From the NCBI RefSeq assembly GCF_004010195.1, contig NC_057728.1, positions 49,654,561 through 49,718,560 of the forward strand: a stretch of 64,000 nucleotides of DNA, given 5' to 3'. How positions within the stretch are numbered: position 1 is the stretch's first letter; each line of letters opens with the position of its first letter. Shown one piece after another: positions 1-13,214 of the stretch. The position numbers and the translations under genes are program-made. The stretch comes from Chiloscyllium plagiosum (Eukaryota). Below the pieces are notes generated by a model. That model ran no database searches, had not been told where the DNA came from, and saw only the letters and a program-made list of their open reading frames with translations.

Positions 1-439
1 GCCTTGACCTTAAGGCCCTCCGTGGCATTGTCCATGCTGATATTTGTATCTTGCTCTAGCCCTCTAGATATATGCTGTTATCTTATTCTGGCATTTTGCG
101 CATTTCTGATTCTGATTTTGGTGCCTTTAACTGCTTGGTTCCCATCTCTGGAATTCCCACTCCAATTCTCTCTGCCTTTAAGGCAATGCTTCGAATCTGT
201 TTGACCATGTTTCTACTCTGACAGTTTGTTTCTTAATAGATATAGTGTTGTTTTTCATTTGATAACCCTGTTTTATTGCATAGTATAAATGGAAGTTCTT
301 ATGGTAGTACTTCAGTAAGCCACCCTTCTCAGATTGCAAGAACCTGCATCTGTTTTGCAACTGAACTGGTCTCCAGAACCTCCCCAAGTTCTGTGCAGCA
401 AATGTAGTATTTTTGAAATACAGGAAATTGAGCAGCTAA

Positions 440-753
440 TTAGTGTGCGCTTCAATCACAAGAATATGGTGAACCAAGACTGGGTTCCTGCCTATGAATA
501 TACAGTATGTCACTTCCAGCGAGTGTAAATATGCAATGTTATGAGCTCGACTGATTATCTTAAATTGGTTGCTGGAGTAGTTATTGGCAATTTAAGATGA
601 TCAAAGACCCTCCTTCTACAAGCAAATGGAATTTGTTCAAGCCTTGCTTTTTTTTTTGAAATCCCCAGAAGCTTGGGATGCATCTCTTTTATTTGCCATG
701 ATAACGCCTCAGCCAATCAGAGCCAACTTGTCAACCAATCAATGTCCTGTGGT
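440..753 (+). mobile_element. Degenerate Penelope-like element 3' fragment, interrupted by the CR1 (continues about 4931-4995)
   Basis: YKQMEFVQALL resembles the end of a Penelope GIY-YIG ORF. The tandem CCAATCA boxes and the downstream ttgcattggtcctga match the layout of the relic at 7490-7810. Confidence 0.45.
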
Positions 754-3700
754 CATAGAACATAACATAGAACATTACAGCGCAGTACAGGCCCTCCGGC
801 CCTCGATGTTGCACAGACCTGTCATACCAATCTGAAGCCCATCTAACCTACGCTATTCCATGTACATCCATATGCTTGTCCAATGACGACTTAAATGTAC
901 TTAAAGTTGGCGAAGCTACTACCGTTGCAGGCAAAGCATTCCATACCCTTGCTACTCTCTGAGTAAAGAAACTATCTCTGACATCTGTCCTATATCTATC
1001 ACCCCTCAGTTTAAAGCTATGCCCCCTCGTGCTCGTCGTCACCATACTTGGAAAAAGGATCTCCCTGTCCACCCTATCTAACCCTCTGATTATCTTATAT
1101 GTCTCTATTAAGTCACCTCTCAACCTTCTTCTCTCCAACGAAAACAGCCTTAAATCCCACAGCCTTTCCTCGTAAGATCTTCCCTCCATACCAGGGAACA
1201 TCCTAGTGAATCTCCTCTGCACCCTTTCCAAAGCTTCCACATCCTTCTTATAATGCGGTGACCAGAACTGTACACACTGCTCCAAGTGCGACCGCACCAG
1301 AGTTTTGTACAGCTGCAGCATAACCTCATGGTTCCGGAACTCAATCCCTTTATTAATAAAAGCTAAAACACTGTTTGCCTTCTTAACAACCCTGTCAACC
1401 TGGGTGGCAACTTTCAAGGATCTGTGTACATGGACACCGAGATCTCTCTGCACATCTACACTACCAAGAATCTTCCCATTAACCCAGTACTTTGCATTCC
1501 GGTTACTCCGACCAAAGTGAATCACCTCATACTTGTCCACATTAAACTCCATTTGCCACCTCTCAGTCCAGCTCTGCACTTATCTATGTCTCTCTGTAAC
1601 CTACAACATCCTTCGTCACTATCCACAACTCCACCGACTTAGTGTTGTCAACAGATTTACTAACCCACCCTTCTACGCCCTCATCCAGGTCGTTTATAAA
1701 AATGATGAACAGCAGTGGACCCAACACCGACCCTTGCGGTACACCACTCGTAACTGTGCTCTAGGATGAACATTTCCCATCAATCACCACCCTCTGTCAT
1801 CTTTCAGCAAGCCAATTACTGATCCAAACTGCTATATCTCCCACAGTCCCATTCTTCCGCATTTTGTTCAAAAGCCTACTATGGGGAACCTTATCGAATG
1901 CCTTGCTGAAATCCATATACACCACATCAATCGGTGTACTCTCATCTACCTGTTTGGTCACCTTCTCAAAGAACTCAATAAGGTTTTTGAGGCACGACCT
2001 ACCCTTCACAAAACCGTGCTGACTATCCTTAATCAAGTTATTCTTTTCTAGATGATTATAAATCCTATCTCTTATAACCTTTTCCAACACTTTACCAACA
2101 ACTGAAGTAAGGCTCACTGGTCTATAATTACCAGAGTTGTCTCTACTCCCCTTCTTGAACAGGCGAACCACATTTGCTATCCTCCAGTCTTCTGGCATTA
2201 TTCCTGTAGACAATGACAATTTAAAGATCAATGCCAAAGGCTCGGCAATCTTCTCCCTGGCTTCCCAGAGGATCCTTGGATAAATCCCATTCGGCCCAGG
2301 GGACTTATCTATTTTCACACTCTGCAGGATTTCGAATACCTCTTCCTTGTGGACCTCAATCCCACCCAGTCTAGTAGTCTGTATCTCAGTATTCTCCTCG
2401 ACAACATTGTCGTTTTCTAGAGTGAATACTGTCAAAACATATTCATTAAGTGCTTTCCCTATCACCTCTGACACTTCCCACTACTGTCCTTGATTGGCCC
2501 TAATCTTACTCTCACCATTCTTTTATTCCTTAAATACCTATAGAAAGCCTTAGGGTTTACCCTGATCTTATCCGCCAACAACTTCTCATGTCGTCTCCTG
2601 GCACTTCTGAGCTCTCTTTTTTAGGTCTTTCCTGACCCTCAGGTCAAGTCCTGACCTCGTAACCCTCAAGTGCCCTAACTGAGCCTTCACATCTCATCCT
2701 TACATTAGCCTTCTTCTTCCTCTTGACCAAAAATTCCACTTCCTTCGTAAACCACGGCTCCCGCACTCTACAATTTCCTCCCTACCTGACAGGTACATAC
2801 TTATCTAGGACACTCAGGAGCTTTTCCTTGAATAAGCTCCACATTTCTAATGTGCCCATCCCCTGCAATTTCCTTCCCCATCTTATGCTTCCTAAATCTT
2901 GCCTAATCGCATCGTAATTGCCTTTCCCCCAGCTGTAACTCTTGCCCAGTGGGATACATCTATCCCTTTCTATCACTAAAGTAAACATAACAGAATTGTG
3001 ATCGTTATCACCAAAGTGCTCACCTACTTCCAAGTCTAACACCTGGCCGGGCTCATTACCCAGTGCCAAATTTAATGTGGCTTCGCCCCTTGTTGGCCTG
3101 TCTGCATACTGTGTCAGGAAGCCCTCCTACACACACTGGACAAAAACTGACCCATCTATAGTACTTGTACTATAGTGTTCCCAGTCAATATTTGGAAATT
3201 TGAAGTCTCCCATGACAACTACCCTGCCTTTCTCACTCCTATTGAGAATCATCTTTGCTATCCTTTCCTCTACATCTCTGGAACTATTCGGAGGCCTATA
3301 GAAAACTCCCAATAGGGTGACCTCTCCTTTCCTGTTTCTAACCTCAGCCCACACTACCTCAGTTGACGAGTCCCCTAACATCCTTTCTGCAACTGTACTA
3401 CTGTCCTTGACCAACAATGCCACACCTCCCCCTCTTTTACCATCTTCTCTGTTCAGACTGAAACATCTAAATCCTGGAACCTGCAACAACCATTCCTGTC
3501 CCTGCTCTATCCATGTCTCTGAAATGGCCACAACATCAAAGTCCCAGGGACCAACCCATGCTGCAAGTTCACCCACCTTATTCCGGATGCTCCTGGCGTT
3601 GAAGTAGATAAACATCAAACCAACGTATTGCTTGCCGGTGCCATCTTGCGTCCCTGAAACTTGATTTTGGACCTCCCTACTCTCAACCTTTTCTATACTC

Positions 3701-4930
3701 GAACTACAATTTTGGTTCCCATCTCCCACTCCAATAGCCTTAGCGAATTTCCCCCCCAGGATATTGGTACCCTTCTGGTTCAGATGAAGACCATCCTGCT
3801 TGTAGAGGTCACACCTACCCCAGAAAGAGCCCCAATTATCCAAGAATCCAACCCCCCCCCTCCTGCACCATCCCTGTAGCCACGTGTTCAACTCCTCTGT
3901 CTCCCTATTCCTCGCCTCACTAGCAAGTGGCAGGGGCAGCAAACCAGAGACAACAACTCTGTTTGTCCTAGCTCTAAGCTTCCATCCTAGCTCCCTGAAT
4001 TTCTTCCATAAATCCCCATCTCTCTTCCTACCTATGTCGTTGGTGCCTATGTGGACCACAACTTGGGGGTGTTCCCCCTCCCCCTTAAGGATCCCAAAAA
4101 CACGATCAGAGGCATCACGAACCCTGGCACCTGGGAGGCAATACACCAACCGTGAGTATCTCTCATCCCCACAGAACCTCCTATCTGTCCCCCTAACTAT
4201 GGAGTCCCCAATGACTACTGCTCTGCTCCTCTACCCCCTTCCCTTCTGAGCAGCAGGGACAGACTCTGTGCCAGAGCCCTGTGCCCCATTGCTTTCCCCT
4301 GGTAAGTCCCCCCCCCCCCCCAACAGTATCCAAAACGGTATACTTATTGTTGAGGGGAATGGCCAGAGGGGATCCCTGCACTGCCTGCCGGTTCCCTTTC
4401 CGTCCCCTGACTGTTACTCATCTACCTTTTTCTTGTACCTGAGGAGTGACTACCTCCCTGTAACTCCTCTCAATAACTCCCTCTGCCTCCCGAATGATCC
4501 GAAGTTCATCCAGCTCCAGCTTCAGTTCCCTAACCTGGTTTTCGAGGAGCTGGAGTTGGGTGCACTTCCTGCAGATGTAGTCAGCAGGGACACTAGTGGT
4601 GACCCTTACCTCCCACATTCTGCAGGAGGAACATTCAACTGCCCTCACCTCCATTCCACTATTCTAAATTCCCAGACTATTGAAAAATAAGGAATAAAAA
4701 ATAAACCGCTACCTTACCAATTTGGCGCACAGAACCTTTTTTTTTGGTTAGAGGAGGAGGAGGATGGATGGGAGACACTACCCGAGTAGTGTTTCGGGCA
4801 ACCACACAAATATATGACTTTCCAGAAGCCCTTTGCTCCTCCCTCGCACCTCTCAGCAAATGGAGGCCCGAATCCCGAGGTAAGTCCCTTTTAATGCTGG
4901 AAAACTCACCCTTCCCGGCAGCCCTCGCAT
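754..4930 (-). mobile_element. Near full-length, inactivated CR1-clade LINE
   Basis: ORF1 zinc finger/coiled coil (CSSC..CRKC, 4654-4418) and SGNH esterase (HIGTND..DGLHLN). ORF2 APE endonuclease (FNARS, ISETW, YRPP, MGDF) and RT ([29 protein letters not shown]). FADD is mutated to SVDN near 1650; several stops/frameshifts; (TTCTATG)n-type 3' tail at 754-775. The 5' boundary is approximate. Confidence 0.95.
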
Positions 4931-5934
4931 GTGTTTGAAATTTGCCATTCTTGCATTGGTCCTGAAATGTGTGAGAGCTCAGCCAATGTGTCGTTCTCTT
5001 CAGCAAGATTCTCCTTCCTTGCTAGTTATTTGCACATCAAGCATAATAATGTTCGTCTGGAAATGTTTGAAAGGGATGAAGTTAAGAGGGCTACGGAGAT
5101 GGGGCTGGAGGATGGGACTAGTGGGGTAATTGTTTCAGGAACCAGTACAGACACAATGGGTGGAATGGCCTCCTCCTGGCTGTAAATTTCTATGATTCTG
5201 TAATTTTTGCACTTTTTCTAACTGCACCATTTGAAGTTCTGCCAATAACAGTCTCATGTGATGTGAATAGCATTTTGTAAGCATTGCTTGGAAATGGTGT
5301 AGATAAATACAAACAAAGTAAATCACTTCTTGTCACTCTGGAGTTAGGAAAAATAGCTTATCCCTTTGACTTTATTGCGCGATTTGCAATCAAGCTGGCA
5401 TGGAATTGTTTCAACTGTACTCTTAACTCCAACTAAATATTCTCTTGTAGAGATGTGGGTGTAGTCCATATCTGTGCAGTTAGGGCTATAGGAACTGCCT
5501 GATGAGAGAACCCAGTGAGTCAAGGAGGCTCCTTGCCACCACCATCATCACCTCACAGTTAGGGATGGGCAGCAGACACTGGCTTTGCACACATCCTGAG
5601 AACAGATTTAAAATCAATGCAAAATAGTTACTAATAAGATTTTTTTAACCTAATGAGTGGTGAGAATTGTGGAACCTGCCACTAGATAGTGTGTTTGAGT
5701 TGGATAGCATGGGTATGTTTGAGAGGAAGCTGGAGAAACAGGAGGCTATATAGAGAGAGAGAGAAAATGGGAGGTGGAGCATTAACATTGTATAACAATA
5801 ATTGTATGGAATAAAAACAGTAATGCCACAAAATTTGCCATTGCTTATCAATTGTTTGAAAATAGAACTCAATAGCCTATTATCCTCTCATGAACTCTTT
5901 CAAGCATATGCCCACATTCTCCACAATGCTTTGT

Positions 5935-6238
5935 GGGCGGCACGGTGGCACAATGATTAGCACTGCTGCCTCACAGCACCAGAAACCTGGGTTCAATTCC
6001 CACCTCAGGCAACTGTCTGCGTGGAGTTTGCACATTCTCCCCGTATCTGCATGGGTTTGCTCCGGTTTCCTCCTACAGTCCAAATGTGCAAGTTAATTGG
6101 CCATGCTAAATTGCCCATAGTGTTAGGTGAAGGGGTAAATGCAGGGGAATGGGTCTGGGTGGGTTGCTCTTCGGAGGGTCGGTGTGGACTTGTTTCCACA
6201 CTGTAAGTAATCTAATCTAATCTAATCTAATCTAATCT
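5935..6238 (+). mobile_element. HE1-type (V-SINE) tRNA-derived SINE
   Basis: gggcggcacggtggcaca head with B-box ggttcaattcc, central ggagtttgcacattctcccc..ccggtttcctcc, (TAATC)n tail; small internal deletion near the 3' end. Confidence 0.9.
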
Positions 6239-7057
6239 TCTGAGATCTCTGTGCTCAATTTCTGATGTCTCAAGTAGCCTGATTTTAATGCCTGTGCCAT
6301 TGGTGGTCCCCTTTCAAACTATTTTTCTGGTTTAGCTTCCATCCGCCTGCCCCAATATCTCCTTAGGTGACACTGCCTAATTTCACATTTTAGCATTTCT
6401 ATGAGGGTTCATGGAGTGTATTTTAATGTTAAAGTAGCTGTATAAATGCATGTTGTGGTTGTACTGAATGATCCTCCATTTAAGTTTATCGGTATGCAGA
6501 AATCCAACGCTAGTGTGTGGCAGCACCTTCCAAAACTGGAAGGCAGTGTGTCTGCATGCCCACTATGGTGATCAACGTGTGGAGAACCTTGGAGCGGCTG
6601 CGCAGCTTTAAGGGAACATTGGTTTTGAACCTCTGGGCCACGCACTGTGGGGCTTTGGTTTACCGTCTCATTCAGAGAACGGTACCTCTGGCAGTGTGGC
6701 ACTGCTTCTGTATTAAACCGGAATGTCAACCAAGATTATTCACTTGCTCATGGACTGGCACTTGAACCTGCAACTTTGTGGCCATTAGTATTTAAGCCAA
6801 GCAGCTCTGTAGTAGCACAGTTCAGTGAGTAAAAAGGCTGTTCGGCAAAATGAAAAGGCAATGCATTGGAGCATTTGAGTCATCACAAGATGAGTTTGTG
6901 GTGTTGCTGTGGTCCTCTGGGATAATTTTGGTGATAGAATGCAGGTTGCATTGTAAAGATTATCTGGGACTCCTGTCCTTTGCACTAAGTTTTGATATGA
7001 GTTACCTTGACCTTGTTTCATGTCCTGCAAATTTTAACGTTGTCTGTGTCATTACAG

Positions 7058-7148
7058 GCAATTGATCGCTCACCTGAAAGTTTTCTCCAAGTTTTCCAAC
7101 CCGAGGTCGCTATACCTGGAACCCAAGCTGAAGGAATTGTACATACAG
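7058..7148 (+). CDS. UTP20: UTP20 exon 1 of window
   Basis: ttacag|G..CAG|gtaaca; QLIAHLKVFSKFSNPRSLYLEPKLKELYIQ. Confidence 0.95.
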
Positions 7149-7173
7149 GTAACAGTCGAGTGTATAGCTGTGT

Positions 7174-7253
7174 TGCCTGTCTCTTTCCCTGCCTGTCTCT
7201 TTCCCTGCCTGTCTCTTTCCCTGCCTGTCTCTTTCCCTGCCTGTCTCTTCCTG
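7174..7253 (+). repeat. 16-bp tandem repeat (tgcctgtctctttccc), about 5 copies
   Basis: Read directly; fills over half of a 144-nt intron. Confidence 0.95.
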
Positions 7254-7292
7254 TGGTTCCTCTTTTACACTGTTCTTTCTCTCCCATTTTAG

Positions 7293-7378
7293 CTGCTGTG
7301 CCATCATTGCCAGGATGTGCAGAAAATTGCCTTGGAATGTCTGCTCACCTACAAGCACCCACACATGCTGCCCTACAG
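7293..7378 (+). CDS. UTP20: UTP20 exon 2 of window
   Basis: ttttag|..AG|gtaatg; LLCHHCQDVQKIALECLLTYKHPHMLPY(R). Confidence 0.95.
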
Positions 7379-7489
7379 GTAATGTTAATCTGCTCCATGC
7401 CTTCGTAATAAATCTCTGTAAAAGGTGTAATTGTTTATTTGGCACAAATTAATTACCATTACATTGCTTACTGCCAGCAATTAGCAAAA

Positions 7490-7810
7490 TGTTGAATCTT
7501 TGCAGGCAGAGTAAGTCATGCACTGTACTTGTTCCCCATCCTAAAAATAAGTGAAAATTATTTGCTGGTTCAATTTTCAGGGCAGTGTCTTGACCAATCA
7601 GGGTCATCCTGTCTGGTTTAAAATTTAACCAAAACCGGACAGTTAACTGTTAATCTGCCGCCTTCATGGTAATGCCTCCACCTATCAGTGCCCCCTTGCC
7701 AACCAGTCCGCACTCACCTGCAGTTGGGTCTTCCCTTATATTGGTTATGTGAATTGTCCTGATGAGTACAAGGTGAAAAACTTGGAAAAAATAATATTTT
7801 TTTCAGTAAT
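7490..7810 (+). mobile_element. Degenerate Penelope-like 3' fragment with hammerhead-like remnant
   Basis: ctttgcaggcagag ORF-end-like start, gaccaatcag box, cctgatgagtacaaggtgaaa at about 7758-7779. Confidence 0.45.
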
Positions 7811-7933
7811 GTAAAGTTAGCTGTGTAATTGTGTCTTTCCAGATTTTCTGGCAGTTTGTCTCTATCTCTGTCCCTTCTCCATTCTGTTTATGAGAGCTAC
7901 TGTGTTGTACTATTGTCTTCTGCTCTCTCATCC

Positions 7934-8361
7934 AATCATCATAGAATCCCGACAGTATGGAAGCAGGCCACTTCGCCTATTGAGTCCATATCATCCCTCC
8001 AAGGTGCATCTCACCCAGACTCCCCTCTCTATTCCGGTAACCCTGCATTTCCAATGGCTAATATATCTAATCTATGATTTGGAGATGCCGGTGTTGGACT
8101 GGGGTGTACAAAGTTAAAAATCACACAACACCAGGTTATAGTCCAACATCTAACCTACACTTCCTTGGACACTACAGGCAATTTAGCATGTGCCAGTCCA
8201 CCTAACCTGCATGTGTTTGGACTGTGGGAGGAAACCTGAGTGTCCGCAGGAAATGCATGCAGACATGGGGAGAATGTGCAAACTCCACACAGTCACCCAA
8301 GCCTTGTATTGAACCTGGGTCCCTGGCGCTGTGAGGCAGCAGTGCTAACCGATGAGCCACT
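7934..8361 (-). mobile_element. HE1-type SINE with a nested 73-bp insertion (8075-8147)
   Basis: Reverse complement of the HE1 body; insert flanked by atctaa(t/c)cta duplication. Confidence 0.85.
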
Positions 8362-8725
8362 GTTTGGCCCATATCCCTCTGAACTCTGTCTATTTGTATA
8401 CCCATCCAGATGTCTTTTAAATGTTGTAATTGAAGCAGCCTCCACCTCTGGCAGCTCATTCCACACACACACCACCCTTTGTGTGAAAAGGTTGTCCCTT
8501 AGGTCCCTTTCAAAACTTCCCCCACTCACCTTAAACCTATGCTGTTTAGATTTGGAATCCCCTACCCTGAGCACCTTGTCTATTTACCCTATCCATGCCC
8601 CTCATGATTTTATGAACCATCCCTCAGGTCAGCCCTCAGCCTCAGGGAAAACAGCCCAGCCTATTCAGCCTCTCCCTATAGCTCAAACCCTCCAACCCTG
8701 GCAACAGCCTTGTAAATCTTTTCTG
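8362..8725 (-). mobile_element. CR1 3' fragment
   Basis: Minus-strand ..FTQRVVCVWNELPE..TFKRHLDGY. Confidence 0.85.
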
Positions 8726-9723
8726 AGCTATTCAACTCATTGTGTCTGGATTAATGACTAATCATGACTTGGTATCTTTTTCCATTACCCTATACATTAT
8801 TTCAGTTGAAATAAGCATCCAATTCCCTCTTGTTTGCCTCAGTGGAACCTACTCATTTCCAGGCAGCACATTCCACACTTTAATGACATGGATGCTATGT
8901 GAAAATGCTTTTTCTCATCTCACATTTGCTTCATTTACATAACACTTTAAAACTGTGCTGTCTGGTTCTTAACCCATTTGCGAGTGGGAACAGTTACTCC
9001 CCATCCACTCTGTCTCGACCCATCATATTTGGAAAACTTCTCTCAAATCTCCCCTGTCTCTTCACCTTAGTTTTGACCCTAGTTTTCCCCCTGATTCCCA
9101 TGGACTTTGAGATACTGTATCGAATATTAAGAAATCGAAAATTGTAAGAAATAAGCACAAAACCTGGAAATTTAAACCTCAAAGAATGTCAGCGAATTCT
9201 ACATCTAACGTTGCTTCTTCATGTTTTAAAGAGAACTTAAGCAGGATTAAACTGTGCTGTCTCATGAACTACTGGAAAATTACTCAAATGAATTTGGCGA
9301 AGTGAAAATATTTTTGAATCAATTTTAGCACCTTAATTATTGCTGAAAAGTGAGATATTTTGTCAAAACTTTTTAACTTGTGCTCATGAGGACAAATGCA
9401 AGAATTGCTAAATTTCATCCAATCACAGTTTACTCTCCAGTGAAAAGGATTCTGGTCGGTTGGCAAGTCTACTCTCATTGGTCAAGGCACTACTCTTAGA
9501 TTCAAATATTCAAATGAGCATCTTGTATAAACCACGTTTTCTGGACCCGAAGACAGAATCTGCCTTTAAATATTTAATCCACTGACTGCAATGCGCATGA
9601 TTCCAATTACTTTTTACAGAAAGTTTACAATCCAATTTCTGAAGTCAGCGTAGAAATTTCTGTTATGTTTTCATTGACTTTTGTGCATCTGTAAAAAAAC
9701 TGAATCTTGGTTTCTTGTTGCAG

Positions 9724-9849
9724 GGAAAACCTCCAGCGACTGCTGGAGGACAAGAGCTTCAAAGAAGAAGTCATTCACTTTAGTATTGCAGAAGAAACGA
9801 CCATCGTATCAGCCGCACACAGACCTGAGCTCATCCCAATTATCATGAG
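9724..9849 (+). CDS. UTP20: UTP20 exon 3 of window
   Basis: ttgcag|..AG|gtagga; ENLQRLLEDKSFKEEVIHFSIAEETTIVSAAHRPELIPIIM(R). Confidence 0.95.
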
Positions 9850-9911
9850 GTAGGAGTAGCAGAGCTTGTAACTTCTGTAAATGATCACAAATAGTACAGC
9901 ATCGAACAAGT

Positions 9912-10077
9912 ACAAAGTGAAGACTGCGGAGTTGAGAGTACGGTGCTGGAAAAGCACAGCAGATCAGGCAGCATCTGAGGAGCAGGAGAATCGACGTTTC
10001 GGGCAAGAGCCCTTCATCAGGAAGGGCTCCTCCTTGGATGCTGCCTGACTTGCTGTACTTTTCCAGCACCACACACT
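9912..10077. mobile_element. Fold-back hammerhead element, family A
   Basis: Inverted arms gtgctggaaaagcacagcag..; TSD cagcat(c/a)gaacaagt at 9897-9911 and 10078-10092; intact core on the minus strand at about 9988-10023. Confidence 0.85.
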
Positions 10078-11309
10078 CAGCATAGAACAAGTGTTAGCGT
10101 AATGCTGAGTGAAGGAGAGAGAGGGAAATGGATATTGTGGGCTGTCAAAAGGTTGCTAAGCTTGACTAAGCCAAATTAATTGGGCTATGCTGCTGGACTA
10201 CGAGTGGGGAAATAGATTCACCAGTGTTCCCATTCTTAAAGGTAGCTCATTGACAGCCTGTTCAACATTGCTCTGTGTGTATGCTAAGTGGTCAGTCAGC
10301 TGCTGTTAGTGCTCGGTATAAGTGCCCCTTGACATACTCGATAATTGATTTTGTTGCCTAATGAAATATTGGCAGGACAATGGGGAGAACTGACCTCTCT
10401 ATTTCAAAATAGTGCCGTGGAATCTTTTAGATTTGTCTATGGGACTTCAATTTGGTGCCTTATCCAAGTAAATGGCATCTCTGACAGTGCAGCACTCCCT
10501 CAGTTCTACATCAGTGTAAAATTTCCATAGTCACACCAGATCATAGGTTTGTTCTGTCGGTGGAGAGAGACAACTGATGGTGGTTTAATCTGAGGGTCAC
10601 CACATTTCAGATTACAGTAGAGGGCAGTCCGTCATAGTAACGTCTCCTGGTGTGGGAGGTGAGCCCACACTGTCAGTGTCACTTTGCATTGTAAACTGGC
10701 TGACCAGGCAACTGGAGTAAGTTAATGAGCGCACTGGCTGAGGGGACAGTATCATACAGTCATACAGCAGAGAAATAGGCCACGTTTCACAAACTAAACT
10801 AGTCCCATTTAGCTGCGTTTGGCCCATATCCCTCTAAACCTTTCCTATTTATGTAATTCTCCAAATGATTATTAAATGTTGTAACTACATCTGCATGTGG
10901 CACCCACATTCCTGTGCTCAAAAGGTACTTGTCAAATTTCGGATTTGGCCAGCAGGTGTAAAGATGAGTGCAGGCAGACCTGGGGATCTTTGGAACTGCC
11001 TGGTTTATCTGCTTCCAAAGATAAAGGTTTCAGATGCAGATGAGAAGAGATTGGGAACACAACTGGATAGTTATCACCTGAGCAGGAAGTTGGCGACTTT
11101 GTTATTGTAGCAGAGGCAAAGATTTTGTAGGAAATGTGGATGTTGTCATCTTGAGGGAGTTTGTTTGATACACAGAGGTGGATGACCTGATTAGAGTTGA
11201 GCTTTCAATTAGTTGCTATTTCCTGATTAAAAGTTGTTGCTATGTTCAAAAACTCCAAAAGAAAGTTAAAATTCTTCTTTTTAAAATTCCCATTCCTTTT
11301 GTTTTTAAG

Positions 11310-11476
11310 GATTCTTTATGGACGCATGAGGAGCAAAACAGGGAGCAAAACCCAAGGCCGAGCAGCAGCAGGGACCCGCATGGTCATTGTTCTAAATTTC
11401 CTGGCTGGCTCATTATCTGAGGAGATACACCTCTTCCTGGATCTGCTCCTTGAACCAGTACACCATTTTACTCAGG
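11310..11476 (+). CDS. UTP20: UTP20 exon 4 of window
   Basis: tttaag|..G|gtatgc; ILYGRMRSKTGSKTQGRAAAGTRMVIVLNFLAG...EPVHHFTQ. Confidence 0.95.
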
Positions 11477-13214
11477 GTATGCACAGGGGAGACTCTGCAA
11501 CACTTATTGTTTACTCTCCCTGCCTCTGTACTCACTTAGGATCCGTTGTCATTGCACAACTTTCTCCAGCAGTAATGGATGGTCTTTAGCCTGAAAGGTT
11601 ACTCATCTTTATCTCTCTCTTGTGACCTATTGAATGCTTCCATTATCTTTAGTTTACATTAGTGAGTTCCAACAGCCTCAGTACTTTGCTTTAGTTGTGC
11701 TGCTCCTATTGCCAAGTATACAAGGAAGTCTTCAGTCTTCATTCCTGTTGTATAAAGGGAATATAGTATGCATGTGTTTTAATTATTTCAATCACAGGCT
11801 TTGCAAAACAAATTTAGGATTTCCAATTTAAAACCATAAAAGCTGATATGTGTTGCCTTCTTATCTTTTATTTTCTCTTTCTCATATATCAAAATCATGA
11901 TAACATCAGGTAATTGCACTGATAATTATCTAGTGATCTGCTGTGAAGTTTGTGTTATCTTGTTAGGTATGGACAGCTTAAGCTTTAAAGGTAACATCCC
12001 ATCAGACAAATAGTTAGTGGTGGCTTATCTCTGCTGATGACAATCCTACTTCCCCTTCTCCCCATCAATCCCAAACAAATCGCAATGCCCTGCTTTCAAA
12101 CAAAACCACGTGTCAATCCTAGACTTTTCCCAGTATCCCTTTCTCTCTCTTTTCTGATGTTTGTCCACATCTTTGTGGGAGGCACAAAGTGTCTTGTTCA
12201 TAAATAATAAAGTCTCTGATTTATTGGTTAAAAGCCACTCATTAAAGCAACTGGTGAGGGAAAATTGCTTCAGGCTTTGGGTATATTTTTAAACTCCAGA
12301 GAAAAGGTCATCCCCTCCACTTCCAGTGATCCAAACTCTTCTGGCTACATTTTCAACCACAAACCATTTAGCTACCTGGGAGCCAATCATGTAGTTGGTG
12401 GCAGGCAGAAAGCCTTTGTCATCAACAACTAGTCATCAATTCACAGACCAATAGCTATTTATTGCTGGATGAATCCCACGTTTGAAAGGTCTTACAATAA
12501 GTGCTCATAGCCTATGTTTAAGGAGCGCCATAATCCTTAATTTTTAAAACAGTCTTTTTAGCCATTTCAGTCCACAATCAAAAATAAAGAAAAATAAATA
12601 GTTACAGTCTTTACACAATCCCAGACTAGTGCCCTGCACTCTCCCAATAGCCTTAGGTCAGTCTGATTTTAAATTCACTGTTCTGACGGCCCTCCACTCT
12701 TTGGATTGAAATTGAATGTTGGATTGTGGGTGCCACATGGACTGCAGTATTTCTTTACTTTCCCTTTCACATGGTGTAGAACTGAAGCAAAGGAAGCCAG
12801 ACTGGACGAAGATACCAGGCTTCCTTCACTAGCTGATGTTTGTGAGCCAGGAAAATTTTGAATGGACGTGAAAGCCTTTGTTATTAAATCTGGCTACAGC
12901 CACAAAGTGCCATTTTGATTAAATTTGTTGCCCTGATGGGACTGGAACTTGTGACCTTTAGATTTCAAGTTGAATGTTTTTTATATTGAGTTTGAGTTGT
13001 GTGAAAGCACTGTAGCAGCATTAAAGCTATAACTTGCCTTAGGCTTTAGCTGTATTGTGTTGTCCACTCTCCCTGGACAGTTTGGATTGTAATGTTCAAC
13101 GACAGGCTCAAAGATTGACATGTTTGCAAGAGAGGGCAATCTAAAAATGTGAAAACTAAAGCAAGATGCTGAAATCTCAAATTAGATGAAAATACTGAAA
13201 GAACTCAAACAGGT

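Noticed and set aside
848..2474. Functional reverse transcriptase gene
   Set aside because: Broken by stops and frameshifts; catalytic FADD reads SVDN.
5497..5525. ctgatgag as a hammerhead core
   Set aside because: No stem II or GAAA follows.
1..7057. Additional upstream UTP20 exon (for example 332-400 or 6820-6900)
   Set aside because: No frame resembles the expected preceding sequence and no convincing splice pair was found; the previous exon is probably outside the window.
7007..7445. Overlapping ORFs with RERDRQGK or LFPCLSL repeats
   Set aside because: Artefacts of the 16-bp intronic tandem repeat.
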